Shown: positions 18,402-29,026 of the stretch, piece after piece | How the letters are laid out: every line of letters begins with the position of its first letter | Position numbering within the stretch: the stretch's first letter is position 1 | Virus record (IMG/VR): IMGVR_UViG_2724679140_000011 | Coordinates: 1 to 52,019 of that record | DNA: 52,019 nucleotides | Strand: one strand, 5' to 3' | Source of the DNA: a virus | Lineage: Duplodnaviria > Heunggongvirae > Uroviricota > Caudoviricetes | Notes under the pieces: model-generated | The model's database searches: none | What the model was told of the DNA's origin: nothing | The model's input: only the letters and a program-made list of their open reading frames with translations | Made by a program: the position numbers and the translations under genes

Positions 18402-20984
18402 CTATTGTACCCAAAAGTTACGAAATATATTATGTATTTCGTTTTGAACTAATTGTGGCAGTTCTTCCATGTCAACTTTATTGTCCTTAATCCAATTAAT
18501 GCATTCTTCCTCATCTAAACTATCATTAGGAATAAGCTCTGAAATCATTACAGCAGCAGTTCTTGAAAAGCCAAGCCCTATTAGTGAAATCTGAGTTTTT
18601 AAACTTACACCCAGTTCTAAATAAACACCGATATCTTCAACATCTTTTGCTAAGTCTGTGCGATCTATCGAAAGATAAAAGCTTTTTAATAAATCATTAT
18701 AACATCCTAAAAGCCTTGGAGCTTGATAGCGAGCGATCTCTTCAACATCCTTCATAACCCCTCGTATTAAAGTCGCTTCTTTGAAAACAATATTTTTCTT
18801 TTTGTTATATCTTATTCTATCCGAGATCAATCTTGCTAGGGGATAACCTTTCATCCACTTGGAAACTAACAAGGCCTGTACGTAAGCTCCTTTTGAATTA
18901 TAACCTAGCTTCTTACTCAGAGTATCACTAATTCTAGAGAATGCGGATACATATGAATCTAACGCATCATTACTACCAGGTTCAGAAAGCAGTAATCTCT
19001 CTACAGGTTTGTTTGTATCCCGCGAAAATCTATCCCAAAGGTTTTGCATTAAAAGCGGGCTTATACCAGGATGCCGCACAACCAATTCGTGTGGAAAAGT
19101 TAAAGAATCAAAAACATCAAATATTGCTTCATTTAAAACATCGATATTTTTTATATTGTACTTTTCCATGTAAGGATTATTATCCAAGCCATTATAAAAA
19201 TAAAATGATGAACATAAATAACTAAATAGACTCTGGAGATTAGGATTCCGCTCAGACATACCAAAATGATGCTCTGAAAAAATATAGGAAACCAACTTAT
19301 CCATGTCATGGGAAATAGCATCCGTGGCGCGAGTTATAAATATATTTTTTTTGGTTTTTGGAGGCTCTCCATTCCAAATTTTTTCATTGTCGCTATCGAT
19401 GCAGATGACATTACCTTGGAATTCTTTTCCCCAACGACCAGCTCTGCCAGCAAGATTCCAAAAATCCTCTTCTCGCATCGGGGTTGAATTACCCTTTTTA
19501 GGGCCTCTTATAAAAATATTTTTACAAGCCATGTTTACGCCCTCAACTAAAGTTGAGGTACAAATTAAAAAATCAATCTTACCTTTACTAAACAATCGTT
19601 CAATCTCGCCCTTTATTATTAAAGGCATGTTGCCATAATGAAAAGCGACTCTCTTTTTTAGAGTGCGATTTAATGCGAAATTTTTATGTATAATTGTCTC
19701 ACTAAGCTCAACGAGAGCTAAAATTTCTTCATCCTCAGTCTCATTTTCTATACTTGCAGATATTAGCTTGGAAGTAGATTCTGCTTCAGCGGCTCCATTT
19801 ACGTAAACTACGTTACCAGAAGCCCCCTTACCTAAACAAAGAGCTACAAAAGGCAATCTTTTACTTTCAGGAGATGGTGCATTTTCTAAAGAAAAGTTTC
19901 CTAACTCGCGTTTTTCACCGTTTGCAAAATAATACATCAACCAATCTTTGGTCTTGCGTGGTTTTTGTTCTACCCATATTAAATTTTGATTAACTGTAAC
20001 ATAGTCACTTTTTATAGTTCTTTTGTTTTTTAATATTGGAGCATCACTGAGCAATATTTCAGGATTTAAGGTGAAAGGACTTGCAAAGATAACTTTTGAA
20101 TCAGGGTTATTTAGACAAGTCAGTTCAATTACATGTTGAAGAATAACACCTCTTCCACCATCACCGATCTTGTGTGCTTCATCAACAACTAAGACGTCTA
20201 TCTTTGGAATTTGTGAGAAATGATTGTAGAATAAATTTAATCTTTCCTGTGTAAATATGAAGACATTAGATTTTTCGCTCTGGTATACATTACTCAATGG
20301 TAGTGTCTGAATATTAACTATATTTGTTAAATTAGGATCCAAACGTTTTTGCAACTCAGAATATACTTCTGAAATCAATGCCCTTGTTGGTACGATATAA
20401 ATAACTAAGCAATTCTTATTTCTTTTTACAAACTGCTCCACCCAAGATTCCAGGATAAATGATTTTCCTACAGAGGTAGGAGCAGAGACACTAACCCATG
20501 AGTTTTCTTGTACCGCATCCCAAAACTCTGATTGAAACCTATTAGCATAAATATGCTTATCAGCATCTATTTCAATTGTATATAGAATTTTTCTTTTAGT
20601 TAGTTCTAACTGAGCCTTTAAGGGTAATCTTTCTTCGAAATCAGGGTTAAGATACCCCCTATTTTCAGCAAGTTGTATTGCTGGATTATTAGATAATGAA
20701 TCAAGAATTAATGCAGCACTATCTTTTCTTGCTTCACTTTTTTCATTCAATAAGCAATACTGTGCAATCCTTAAGGCTGCATCTTGGCATTTCTCATCAC
20801 TTGAGAAAGCCAAAGAACTAGCACATGTTAAAAGATAGCCGACATCCTCAGAACTAATCTGTGGGATTACATCTGATTTTAACTCTGGAAATTGATCTTT
20901 TATCGAGTTAGCGACTAATGCCTGATATTTTCTTAAGAATCCTTGATTCTTAATCAACCACCCAGATAAATCTCGCAACGACAT
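18402..20984 (-). CDS. SF2 helicase, 860 aa (Hachiman HamB-like)
   Basis: Walker A APTSVGKS, DEAH box VVDEAH, motif VI LAGRAGRWG; start overlaps upstream gene stop. Confidence 0.8.
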   Translation of the reverse strand: MSLRDLSGWLIKNQGFLRKYQALVANSIKDQFPELKSDVIPQISSEDVGYLLTCASSLAFSSDEKCQDAALRIAQYCLLNEKSEARKDSAALILDSLSNNPAIQLAENRGYLNPDFEERLPLKAQLELTKRKILYTIEIDADKHIYANRFQSEFWDAVQENSWVSVSAPTSVGKSFILESWVEQFVKRNKNCLVIYIVPTRALISEVYSELQKRLDPNLTNIVNIQTLPLSNVYQSEKSNVFIFTQERLNLFYNHFSQIPKIDVLVVDEAHKIGDGGRGVILQHVIELTCLNNPDSKVIFASPFTLNPEILLSDAPILKNKRTIKSDYVTVNQNLIWVEQKPRKTKDWLMYYFANGEKRELGNFSLENAPSPESKRLPFVALCLGKGASGNVVYVNGAAEAESTSKLISASIENETEDEEILALVELSETIIHKNFALNRTLKKRVAFHYGNMPLIIKGEIERLFSKGKIDFLICTSTLVEGVNMACKNIFIRGPKKGNSTPMREEDFWNLAGRAGRWGKEFQGNVICIDSDNEKIWNGEPPKTKKNIFITRATDAISHDMDKLVSYIFSEHHFGMSERNPNLQSLFSYLCSSFYFYNGLDNNPYMEKYNIKNIDVLNEAIFDVFDSLTFPHELVVRHPGISPLLMQNLWDRFSRDTNKPVERLLLSEPGSNDALDSYVSAFSRISDTLSKKLGYNSKGAYVQALLVSKWMKGYPLARLISDRIRYNKKKNIVFKEATLIRGVMKDVEEIARYQAPRLLGCYNDLLKSFYLSIDRTDLAKDVEDIGVYLELGVSLKTQISLIGLGFSRTAAVMISELIPNDSLDEEECINWIKDNKVDMEELPQLVQNEIHNIFRNFWVQ

Positions 20985-20985
20985 T

Positions 20986-21927
20986 TCAACTCTCCAATGC
21001 TTTAATTAAACTAGCCCTAAATGCTTTTACTGAAGGAAAAGGAAGAATAAAAACATGCATAGCAAAGCGATCAAGTTTTTTATTAACTATACCACCTTGC
21101 ACACTAGTTGACCATTTCCCGACTTTAGTATTAATCAAAGCAACTAGTTCACTGATATCAATTGAACTGGGCCCTTGTGGATAATCTTTAAGATCAAACC
21201 CAACTAAGCATATTCCTCTGTATTCCAATTTATTAAAATCCGGGCTATCAGGATCTAAGAATCTTTTCAACGCTTGTTCTAGTTCTATATCATCAACATT
21301 TAAGTGCGACTCCAGCAACTGCATATCACGTGTCTCAGCGCCTTCTATTCCCATAGAACTTTGAAGTAATGGAGCTATACTATCCATACACTCAGAAATA
21401 CCTTTGCTCAGATTGGAATAGAGTTTAGACTCGCCCCAGTATAAACATAATTTTTTATTATCTTTATCTACGCCTATATGTATTCCATCTGCACCATGGT
21501 AATGCATTTGAGAACTCGTTTTCAGGCTCATTTTGCAAATAATTTGTGGAAATCTAAGGAATTGCTCTGCAAATAAAAAAAGAATAAATTCACCGCCTTC
21601 GCCACTATTTGCAAGCCTAGTAAATAATTTTTTTGCTTGATTTGCTAATTTTGTTATTTTCGCTGTTGATTGTGTTTCATTAAAATATTGCACTGCCTCA
21701 TTGATTTTTTTCCTTGGAATAGCATAATCAACTACTTTATCGTTCAAGAATTGGATTAACGCGTCTACCCGAGGACGTCCATTGCCATCAAGATTAAGGC
21801 AATGAAAATGACAAGTTGCATTTGTATTTTCAATCAATGAATTAACTTTAACTTCACTAAAATAACTATTTAGTGTTTGACCATCATCTCTAATCAGATT
21901 TTCAAGCGCGACATGCAGTGCATCCAT
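20986..21927 (-). CDS. putative PD-(D/E)xK-like nuclease partner, 313 aa (Hachiman HamA/DUF1837-like, tentative)
   Basis: Candidate D...ExK motif (GVDKD...WGESK); immediately upstream of and coupled to the helicase. Confidence 0.6.
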   Translation of the reverse strand: MDALHVALENLIRDDGQTLNSYFSEVKVNSLIENTNATCHFHCLNLDGNGRPRVDALIQFLNDKVVDYAIPRKKINEAVQYFNETQSTAKITKLANQAKKLFTRLANSGEGGEFILFLFAEQFLRFPQIICKMSLKTSSQMHYHGADGIHIGVDKDNKKLCLYWGESKLYSNLSKGISECMDSIAPLLQSSMGIEGAETRDMQLLESHLNVDDIELEQALKRFLDPDSPDFNKLEYRGICLVGFDLKDYPQGPSSIDISELVALINTKVGKWSTSVQGGIVNKKLDRFAMHVFILPFPSVKAFRASLIKALES

Positions 21928-22120
21928 GAGTAGGTCCTTGCATATTTTATTTTCCTCATCATTTGCAATATATACTTATTTCAATAGCTTGCAACATTTT
22001 TACTCGACAATGATACTTACACCACACTCGCTGCTTAAAATCATTGTTATCGCTTTAACGTGATAAACGATTCTTTCAATCAGGTACTCATTGAAAGTTA
22101 AAAGTTACTTTGACCATACA

Positions 22121-22156
22121 CAGCGTGCGCTGCCCCGCCCGCCTGCCCGCTTCGCT
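22121..22156. other. cos-like site (P2/P4-type cohesive end region)
   Basis: Reverse complement gggcaggcgggcggggcagcgcac resembles recalled P2/P4 cos GGCGAGGCGGGGAAAGCAC; lies between cargo and delta. Confidence 0.4.
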
Positions 22157-22304
22157 TAACAGACTGGTTTTCATGCACCCCGTAAATCGTCTCAGAAGCC
22201 ACCACACAAGGGCTTTCGCGTCAAAAATGGCGCATGAGACTCATGCGTTTTCATGCGCTATAGATATGCACTCATACGCCTTCAGGCCAGCCAGGGAAAA
22301 GGCG

Positions 22305-22330
22305 TAAAAAATCCCGGTACTGGACCGGGA
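22305..22330 (-). terminator. rho-independent terminator after the delta gene
   Basis: tcccggtactggaccggga hairpin followed by T6 on the minus strand. Confidence 0.5.
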
Positions 22331-22352
22331 CTACGTGGGCGTATTTTGCTAA

Positions 22353-22625
22353 TCAGACAGGAATTAGCTGACGGCTTGACAGCTTTGACGCGGAGCCATA
22401 GCGGTTGAGAGTTTGCTGTTGTTTTTCTGGCATTTGTTCTTTGTCTGATTCCTGTTCATTGCGCCAAGGCTTCATAATTATCGTATCCACGCTTTCCAGA
22501 GCGGTAAATGTGCAGGAACATTCCAGATTCTGGCACTGATACCATGAGCGTTTAACCGATGGAGCTTCATAGGCGCTGGTTCTGGCGTGAGCGACCGTCC
22601 CACATTCAGGACACTTCAGGGCCAT
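22353..22625 (-). CDS. Ogr/Delta-family zinc-finger late transcription activator
   Basis: MALKCPECG...HARTS...YQCQNLECSCTF matches the Ogr/Delta CxxC...CxxC pattern; perfect aaggagg SD before this ATG. Confidence 0.8.
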   Translation of the reverse strand: MALKCPECGTVAHARTSAYEAPSVKRSWYQCQNLECSCTFTALESVDTIIMKPWRNEQESDKEQMPEKQQQTLNRYGSASKLSSRQLIPV

Positions 22626-22626
22626 A

Positions 22627-23181
22627 TCAGTACCCTCCTTTTTCATTAAGTCGGTTAAGGCGGGCCAGGAAAACTTTATGTTGTGCCGGGGTGAAACTGG
22701 TTGAAGCATCAGCGTACATTGATGCATCCACCGTTAATCCGGTTTCGTCGATAATGCTCTTGTATGCTGCTGAAATTACCGGAGTACGCACTTCCGTTTG
22801 TCGGGCTACAGCGGTTCGTAATATTTTCATTGCCGCCTCAAGCCCGTATGGAGCGCAAAGAAAAGGAGCCAGTGCGTCAGTGAGTGCATCACCATGCTCG
22901 CTCATGAAGTTTTCCGTTGCGCTTGTAACACAACTCTCCAGCACAATCTGGTGAGCATAAAGACCATCCCGTGCAGCACAGTTAATCTGCCATTCGAGGA
23001 CAGCAAGACGCTCACGAAGCTCCTCAAGCTGGCTGGCATATGCTGCCGGTTTTTCTTCAGTATTCAGCAGAGCCGCCAGACGAAGCTGGTAGGTACTTTG
23101 CGTATTACGTAGTGTCAGCCAGCTTTTTATCGCCGAGCGGTAATCGTTGAGAGCTTCCTGAGTAATGGTTCCGGCATTCAT
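22627..23181 (-). CDS. psu: Psu-like polarity suppression / capsid decoration protein
   Basis: 184 aa; HG.AL..ALAP and C-terminal FTPAQ..F segments resemble P4 Psu as recalled; adjacent to delta. Confidence 0.6.
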   Translation of the reverse strand: MNAGTITQEALNDYRSAIKSWLTLRNTQSTYQLRLAALLNTEEKPAAYASQLEELRERLAVLEWQINCAARDGLYAHQIVLESCVTSATENFMSEHGDALTDALAPFLCAPYGLEAAMKILRTAVARQTEVRTPVISAAYKSIIDETGLTVDASMYADASTSFTPAQHKVFLARLNRLNEKGGY

Positions 23182-23963
23182 TTCTTCTCGCCCCCTTTAA
23201 CCATGTCACGCTGTTTAAGCATCCGTGAACGCGCTGCAGGGCTGGGGGATTGTCTGGCATCCTGGATGGCTTTATCGTCCGCATAAATGCTGATCCCCGG
23301 CAGGGTAATATCATCCGTTGAAGATACGTTACAGGACAGTACCGGAGTGGTGAGTTGCTCGCTGATAAATTGCTTCAGCACACTTTCGGGGTCGTTTACG
23401 GTATGAACTACACCGATAACAGCAGAAGCGCTTCGGCCCAGAGTCATTTTCAACAGTCCAAGGATCTGAATAAGTTTCTGGCCGTGTTCCTTCATAAACT
23501 CATTCCAGAGCCACACTGCATGAGTTTCAATCAGGCGATTATGTTCGCTGATGTAGTGGTTTGCAGCATCCGCAGTTTTCCAGGGCAGGAATTCATTTTC
23601 TGCCACCTGAGCTGCCAGCAAATCTTCGAACTCATCCAGTGTTTCGCGTCCGAGGGCGATTTCTGCCCGCAGTTTTTTCATGCGTGGTGTCATATTTCCC
23701 TGATTCTCACGAAACAGGTTTCGCCATTCATCATTAAGCGCCTGCGTTTCCGTTTTTGTATCTTCCTGACGTTTACGGATAGTTTCAATCATTGCAGCAG
23801 CTTCAGTTTGTTTTCGCCGTTCTTCCTGCCAGACAGCTTTTGCTGCCTTAACTTTTTCCACCGCTTCGCGAATTTTCGGCGGGAGGGAGGATGTAATGTT
23901 TGCATCAGAGATCTGGTTAACAGTAGTCATGAATGCTCCGGTAGTGTTTTGTTGTCGTGTCAA
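23178..23963 (-). CDS. Sid-like coiled-coil protein (size-determination scaffold), tentative
   Basis: 261 aa, charged coiled-coil-like central region; first gene of the sid/psu/delta-type operon. Confidence 0.4.
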   Translation of the reverse strand: MTRQQNTTGAFMTTVNQISDANITSSLPPKIREAVEKVKAAKAVWQEERRKQTEAAAMIETIRKRQEDTKTETQALNDEWRNLFRENQGNMTPRMKKLRAEIALGRETLDEFEDLLAAQVAENEFLPWKTADAANHYISEHNRLIETHAVWLWNEFMKEHGQKLIQILGLLKMTLGRSASAVIGVVHTVNDPESVLKQFISEQLTTPVLSCNVSSTDDITLPGISIYADDKAIQDARQSPSPAARSRMLKQRDMVKGGEKK

Positions 23964-24089
23964 TTGTGCCGATGCCCATACAAGCGCACTACCGAGGGGG
24001 ATTGTGTCAGTGACAGAACAATGACCTTGTTCTGGCTAGCCAGAGAAATGTGTCATGTCTGATCTTCAACTTTCCTTTAATAAATACTA

Positions 24090-24300
24090 TTCACTACTGT
24101 TCACTTTGATAAAAAAATTGATAATACAGCTAGTTAAGAGGTGAAGGGTTGACAAGGCAGTATTCAGTGACTGTTCATGAGTGTTCATCGGAAGGTAGCG
24201 TGATTTATGATTTTTTTTCATCAAAAGTGAAATTTTTATTCCGAATGATTATTTCATTATTGTTCCTCACAACTATTCACCACTCTTCAGTAGTATTCAA
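24090..24300. repeat. iteron cluster of TGTTCAC-like repeats (P4 ori/crr-type, tentative) within a late promoter region
   Basis: tgttcac, tattcac, tgttcat and gtgaag copies read repeatedly in both orientations. Confidence 0.45.
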
Positions 24301-24843
24301 CAGATGATGAAATAGACGATTTTTCTTTGCCGGGAAATAACATGATTCCCCCCTTTCCCTGGTGTTGCATTTCAATCTGATTTTTATAAAACTAGAACTG
24401 CTCGGTCTTTTATGAATTTATTTGGATATATTTTTAGGTTAAGAATGCGTGGTTATTGATTTTATGCGGTTCTAATTCTTCTGAGCTTGATGCAATTCAT
24501 GAGTATATCCTGAAGTTAGGTTTGCAATGTAAAGCCATATGTAGAAATTGTGCATCCCTGCTGAATGGGTTGCGGTTTCAGTACCATTAAGTTCTATGAC
24601 TTATGGGGTAGTAACCCCTGGATGAAAGTTAGTTCCTATTAATGTCCCTGTATTTATAGTTCGCAGACATAATATCTATCATGCCATTTTATGTGGTTTG
24701 ATATAGTTTTAAATTCCATTAAATCAATATGTGACGCTAAATAAATAATGGGTGCGTAAGCGAGAAATATATACATAATAAGGAACTACCTGAATCCGGG
24801 GGGATTTATCCGGACTGATGAAGGAATTAAAGAGGGTAGATAA

Positions 24844-25104
24844 ATGCATGATATTTCTGTTTCTGCGCCAGCTCCGGCTGCGCCATTATTTCCTGTGCTG
24901 AACCAGCATGAGCGATTTTTACGTCTTCCCGAGGTGATGCATTTATGCGGCTTGTCCCGCTCAACTATATACGACCTGATAAGCCGCGATGCTTTCCCGA
25001 AGCAGATCCCGCTTGGTGGTAAAAATGTTGCCTGGGCACAGTCAGAGGTAAGCGCATGGATGGCGGATCGTATAAGTGCCCGCGGACGGGGATGTGATGC
25101 ATAA
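24844..25104 (+). CDS. AlpA/Vis-family small DNA-binding regulator
   Basis: [48 protein letters not shown] is an AlpA-type HTH. Confidence 0.7.
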   Translation: MHDISVSAPAPAAPLFPVLNQHERFLRLPEVMHLCGLSRSTIYDLISRDAFPKQIPLGGKNVAWAQSEVSAWMADRISARGRGCDA

Positions 25105-25655
25105 TGATGCCTGAACGCATTAATCCCCATTTTTCTGGCTTGCATCCTGCAGTCATTTCCAGGTATAGTTTTTCCGCTGCCGCAAAATCGGCAGCCGGAA
25201 TTGGCGTTCCGCGAAACTCAATGGCGACACCAGACGCGCCAAGCGTCTTTTTTTTCGTCGAAGCTCTGGCACACCCATTTTCCAGGCTGTGGTGTTTATG
25301 CGTACACCGTGGTTCTTTCGAGATAATGGCAGTCCGGGCGGGGCAGCCTTCGGGCTGGCCGGTATCCATTGAGGCCGGTTACGCCAACCCCGTTCGGGCT
25401 GCCACCAGTGAAATTGGCGTTTCCGGTGGTAGCAATAACCGCTACTCAATGGAGGCTGCCATCATGGCTACAACCCTCACCCCGTTTTACCCGCAATATG
25501 TCTTTGTGCTTGCCGCAATCCGCCGTGCTGACACTCAACCCCGCATCTGTATGCTTCGCACCGTGGCCTGCGATGAGCGCTTTGCACGCCTTTCGCTGGT
25601 CCGTGATTATGTGCTCTCCCTTTCTGCACGGCTGCCTGCCGGGGAGGTGATGTGA
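25104..25655 (+). CDS. hypothetical protein (P4 early region; start uncertain)
   Basis: ORF in GC-rich region; several overlapping frames, weak call. Confidence 0.3.
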   Translation: MMPERINPHFSGLHPAVISRYSFSAAAKSAAGIGVPRNSMATPDAPSVFFFVEALAHPFSRLWCLCVHRGSFEIMAVRAGQPSGWPVSIEAGYANPVRAATSEIGVSGGSNNRYSMEAAIMATTLTPFYPQYVFVLAAIRRADTQPRICMLRTVACDERFARLSLVRDYVLSLSARLPAGEVM

Positions 25656-25879
25656 TGAATCACGCCGCAATTTCTTATGACGATATTGTCCGCCTCAAGC
25701 ATCTTCGTAACGTGGGGGAATTTGTCACCGGAATGGCTGTTCTTCAGGACTGCTATGAAAAACCTGCAGGTGCTCAATGTGAGCAACTGGTTTCCCTGAT
25801 TTATCTGATGACAGAACAGCTTGATGGCGTGGTACAGCGTTGCCAGGATGACCTGATGAACAAGGAGGTGGTGCAATGA
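25652..25879 (+). CDS. hypothetical small protein
   Basis: Start overlaps upstream stop. Confidence 0.35.
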   Translation: MMNHAAISYDDIVRLKHLRNVGEFVTGMAVLQDCYEKPAGAQCEQLVSLIYLMTEQLDGVVQRCQDDLMNKEVVQ

Positions 25880-26199
25880 AATCACGCACTCTTCCCCTCT
25901 CACTTCGGCTGGCGTTATATCGCCGCGCGGTTGCCTGCGCCTGGCTGAGTATCTGCCATCAGCACAACCGCCACCTGCAGCTCACTCTGGATGAAATTGA
26001 AACCGCCATTGCCCGTGAGCTTGAAGGTTTTTATCTGCGACAGCACGGGCAAACAAAAGGCATGGAAATCGCCTGCGCCCTGCTTTCAGACCTGATGGAA
26101 TCCGGTCCTCTAATGTCCTGCCCCGCACTCTCCCAGCTCGGAATAGCCGTAATGGATGAGTTATGCGTCCGTCACATTATAAAGCCGGTTTTACACTGA
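25876..26199 (+). CDS. hypothetical small protein
   Basis: Start overlaps upstream stop; precedes alpha. Confidence 0.35.
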   Translation: MKSRTLPLSLRLALYRRAVACAWLSICHQHNRHLQLTLDEIETAIARELEGFYLRQHGQTKGMEIACALLSDLMESGPLMSCPALSQLGIAVMDELCVRHIIKPVLH

Positions 26200-28547
26200 G
26201 GGAGAACTGCATCATGTCAGGAATGAAAGTCAGTCAGGCCGTGAAGGCTGCCCGCGGTCACTGGGCGCGGATTTTGCCAGCGCTGGGTATGAACATACTG
26301 AAAAATCGCCATCAGCCTTGTCCGGTCTGCGCCGGTAAAGATCGTTTTCGCTTCGACGATCTGGAAGGACGTGGAACATGGTTCTGCAACCAGTGCGGGG
26401 CTGGGGACGGTTTAGCGCTTGTCAGCAAGGTACTGAATGTGGATATCAGTGAAGCAGCAGACAGGATACATGGACTGACACATAGTCTGTCTTCAGCCTC
26501 TTCTGGAGTCTGGACGTCAACCGCAGATACAGATGGCGGGAAACAGGCGGCAGCAGCACTTGCCGCGCGACTACTGCAAGCCTCGCGTGAATCTGCCGGA
26601 AATACTTATCTTACACATAAAGGTTTCCCGGAGCATATTTGCCATGAGCTGACTTCAGGTCATAAAACCGGTGGGGTGATGTTCCACCCCGGTGATTTGA
26701 TCGTCCCGCTCTATAACGCTGACGGGGAACTGGTGAATATTCAGCTTATCAGTGGCAATGGTAGCAAGTGTTTTCTTAAAGGAGGTCAGGTTAAGGAGGC
26801 CTATCATCTGATAGAAGGGGGCGGGAGTTCTGTAAGAAGGATGTGGATTGCGGAAGGTTACGCCACGGCGCTTACCATTCGTCATCTGACAGGAGAAGCC
26901 GTCATGGTGGCATTTTCGTCGGTCAACTTTCTTTCTCTGGCCAGCGTTGCCCATAACAAGTATCCGGGATATCAGTTAATTATTGCAGCGGACCGCGATC
27001 TGAATGGTTCAGGCCAGAACAGGGCTGAAACTGCTGCAAAAGCGTGTCAGTGTGACATTGTGCTGCCACCGGTTTTTGGTGACTGGAATGATGCGCTTAC
27101 CCAATACGGAGAGGAATCCACCCGGAAGGCAATTCTTGAGGCTTTGAAGCCACATAACGCCAGTCCTTTCGACACAATGAGTGAAGCAGAATTCACAGCG
27201 ATGAGTGTCAGCGAAAAAGCTCAGAGGGTTCGGGAGCATTACAGGGATGCACTGGCGGTTGATCCGAACGGGCAGCTTTTATCCCGCTACGAGTCTGGAG
27301 CGTGGAAAGTGATTTCTCAGTCAGATTTTGCCCGAGATGTCGCAGCCCTTTTCCAGCGCCTCGGTGCACCGTTTTCCTCAGGAAAAATTGCTTCACTGGT
27401 GGAAACATTAAAGTTAATTGTTCCGCAGCAGCAAAATCCGGCACGTCATCTGATCGGTTTTCGTAATGGCGTCCTCGATACGCGAACAGGGCTGTTTAGT
27501 CCGCACTGTAAAGAGAACTGGCTGCGTACCCTGTGTGAAGTCGATTTCACGCCACCGGTAGAGGGGGAAACGCTTGAAACTCATGCCCCGGCATTCTGGC
27601 GCTGGCTGGACCGGGCTGCCGGACACAAGCCAGAAAAACGCGACATTATTCTTGCGGCGTTATTTATGGTGCTGGCGAATCGCTATGACTGGCAGCTCTT
27701 TCTGGAAGTGACTGGCCCTGGTGGAAGTGGCAAAAGTATTCTGGCTGAAATTGCGACCATGCTTGCTGGAGAGGATAACGCCACCTCTGCGACCATTGAA
27801 ACGCTGGAGTCCCCGCGAGAACGTGCGGCTCTGATAGGTTTTTCTCTTATTCGCCTGCCTGATCAGGAGAAGTGGAGCGGCGACGGCGCCGGGCTTAAGG
27901 CTATAACTGGTGGCGATGCGGTATCGGTGGACCCCAAATATCAGAATGCTTATTCAACACATATTCCGGCGGTTATCCTGGCCGTAAATAATAATCCTAT
28001 GCGCTTCACTGATCGCAGTGGTGGTGTGTCCCGCAGGAGAGTTATTCTGCATTTTCCTGAGCAGATAGCACCGGAAGAACGCGATCCGCAGCTGAAAGAT
28101 AAAATTGCACGAGAACTGGCTGTGATTGTTCGCCAGCTCATGCAGCGTTTCAGCGATCCGATGAGCGCCAGAACATTGCTTCAGTCGCAGCAGAATTCTG
28201 ATGAGGCTCTCACCATCAAGCGTGATGCTGATCCAGCATTTGATTTTTGTGGCTATCTTGAGGCATTACCTGACACCAACGGCATGTTTATGGGGAACGC
28301 CAATATTGTCCCACGCCAGCCACGTACCTACCTTTACCATGCCTACCTCGTATACATGGAGGCTAATGGATATAAAAACACCCTGAGTCTTACGATGTTT
28401 GGCAAAGGGTTGCCAGTCATGCTGAAGGAGTACGGGCTACATTATGAGAAACGGCGAACTAATCAGGGAATGCAGACTAACCTCACTTTAAAAGAGGAAA
28501 GTAATGCAGACTGGCTACCCAAGTGCGATGAGCCAACAATCAAATAA
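26163..28547 (+). CDS. P4 alpha-like primase-helicase (zinc ribbon + TOPRIM + D5-type helicase); probable start 26214
   Basis: [53 protein letters not shown], Walker A GPGGSGKS. Confidence 0.85.
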   Translation: MRPSHYKAGFTLRENCIMSGMKVSQAVKAARGHWARILPALGMNILKNRHQPCPVCAGKDRFRFDDLEGRGTWFCNQCGAGDGLALVSKVLNVDISEAADRIHGLTHSLSSASSGVWTSTADTDGGKQAAAALAARLLQASRESAGNTYLTHKGFPEHICHELTSGHKTGGVMFHPGDLIVPLYNADGELVNIQLISGNGSKCFLKGGQVKEAYHLIEGGGSSVRRMWIAEGYATALTIRHLTGEAVMVAFSSVNFLSLASVAHNKYPGYQLIIAADRDLNGSGQNRAETAAKACQCDIVLPPVFGDWNDALTQYGEESTRKAILEALKPHNASPFDTMSEAEFTAMSVSEKAQRVREHYRDALAVDPNGQLLSRYESGAWKVISQSDFARDVAALFQRLGAPFSSGKIASLVETLKLIVPQQQNPARHLIGFRNGVLDTRTGLFSPHCKENWLRTLCEVDFTPPVEGETLETHAPAFWRWLDRAAGHKPEKRDIILAALFMVLANRYDWQLFLEVTGPGGSGKSILAEIATMLAGEDNATSATIETLESPRERAALIGFSLIRLPDQEKWSGDGAGLKAITGGDAVSVDPKYQNAYSTHIPAVILAVNNNPMRFTDRSGGVSRRRVILHFPEQIAPEERDPQLKDKIARELAVIVRQLMQRFSDPMSARTLLQSQQNSDEALTIKRDADPAFDFCGYLEALPDTNGMFMGNANIVPRQPRTYLYHAYLVYMEANGYKNTLSLTMFGKGLPVMLKEYGLHYEKRRTNQGMQTNLTLKEESNADWLPKCDEPTIK

Positions 28548-28565
28548 TTACAACTAACCCGGCTG

Positions 28566-28593
28566 ATGCCGGGTTTTATTTTTGCTGGCACAA
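28566..28593 (+). terminator. rho-independent terminator after alpha
   Basis: cccggctgatgccggg hairpin followed by ttttattttt. Confidence 0.5.
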
Positions 28594-28607
28594 GAATGTA
28601 GAGTTAT

Positions 28608-28690
28608 CTGTTCACTCTTCACCGTACAGTTAACTTCTATTTCCTTGATTTTGAATGGTAAAAATCCAAAGTGAACAGTGTGAACAATTT
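28608..28690. repeat. second TGTTCAC/GTGAACA iteron cluster (crr-like, tentative)
   Basis: tgttcactcttcacc and gtgaacagtgtgaaca. Confidence 0.4.
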
Positions 28691-28764
28691 ATTGAAAAAA
28701 GAGTTTTTTTGAATATAGAAGACCTATTTAGCGTGATTTTTTTAAAGTTCAATAAGTATTGCAC

Positions 28765-28790
28765 CCCGCTATTGGTATACGCTTAGGTAT
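28765..28790. promoter_or_regulatory. GGTATAC direct repeats near right end of the P4-like element (candidate arm-type sites)
   Basis: ttggtatacgcttaggtatac, same 7-mer as at 16545-16600. Confidence 0.3.
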
Positions 28791-28846
28791 ACAAACAAAA
28801 ACAACTTAAATAAATAACCAATTAAAACATAGATATAACATACAAA

Positions 28847-28870
28847 TTCAGACTCCGCCAGCCCCAATCA
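28847..28870 (+). repeat. degenerate ssrA 3'-end-like sequence, candidate distal att remnant
   Basis: ttcagactccgccagccccaatca versus ttcaactcccgccagctccacca. Confidence 0.45.
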
Positions 28871-28995
28871 TGATTGGACGGTATAAGGACAACACCAATA
28901 AAAACAGGAAGTTAGCAGTCTCAGCAGGACACCGACCAGACGGTGAAGAGACATAAAAGGATACGCAAAGGAGCCGCGGCTCCTGGTGACATGAA

Positions 28996-29018
28996 AGCCC
29001 ACAGATGTGGGCTTTTTC
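28996..29018 (+). terminator. hairpin agcccacagatgtgggct followed by T5
   Basis: Read directly; just beyond the autotransporter 3' end. Confidence 0.4.
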
Positions 29019-29026
29019 GTTGATGG

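Noticed and set aside
24786-25903. Several minus-strand ORFs (119, 134, 98, 74, 98 aa)
   Set aside because: They are mutually overlapping and antisense to the plus-strand AlpA-like and early genes in GC-rich sequence, consistent with chance open frames.
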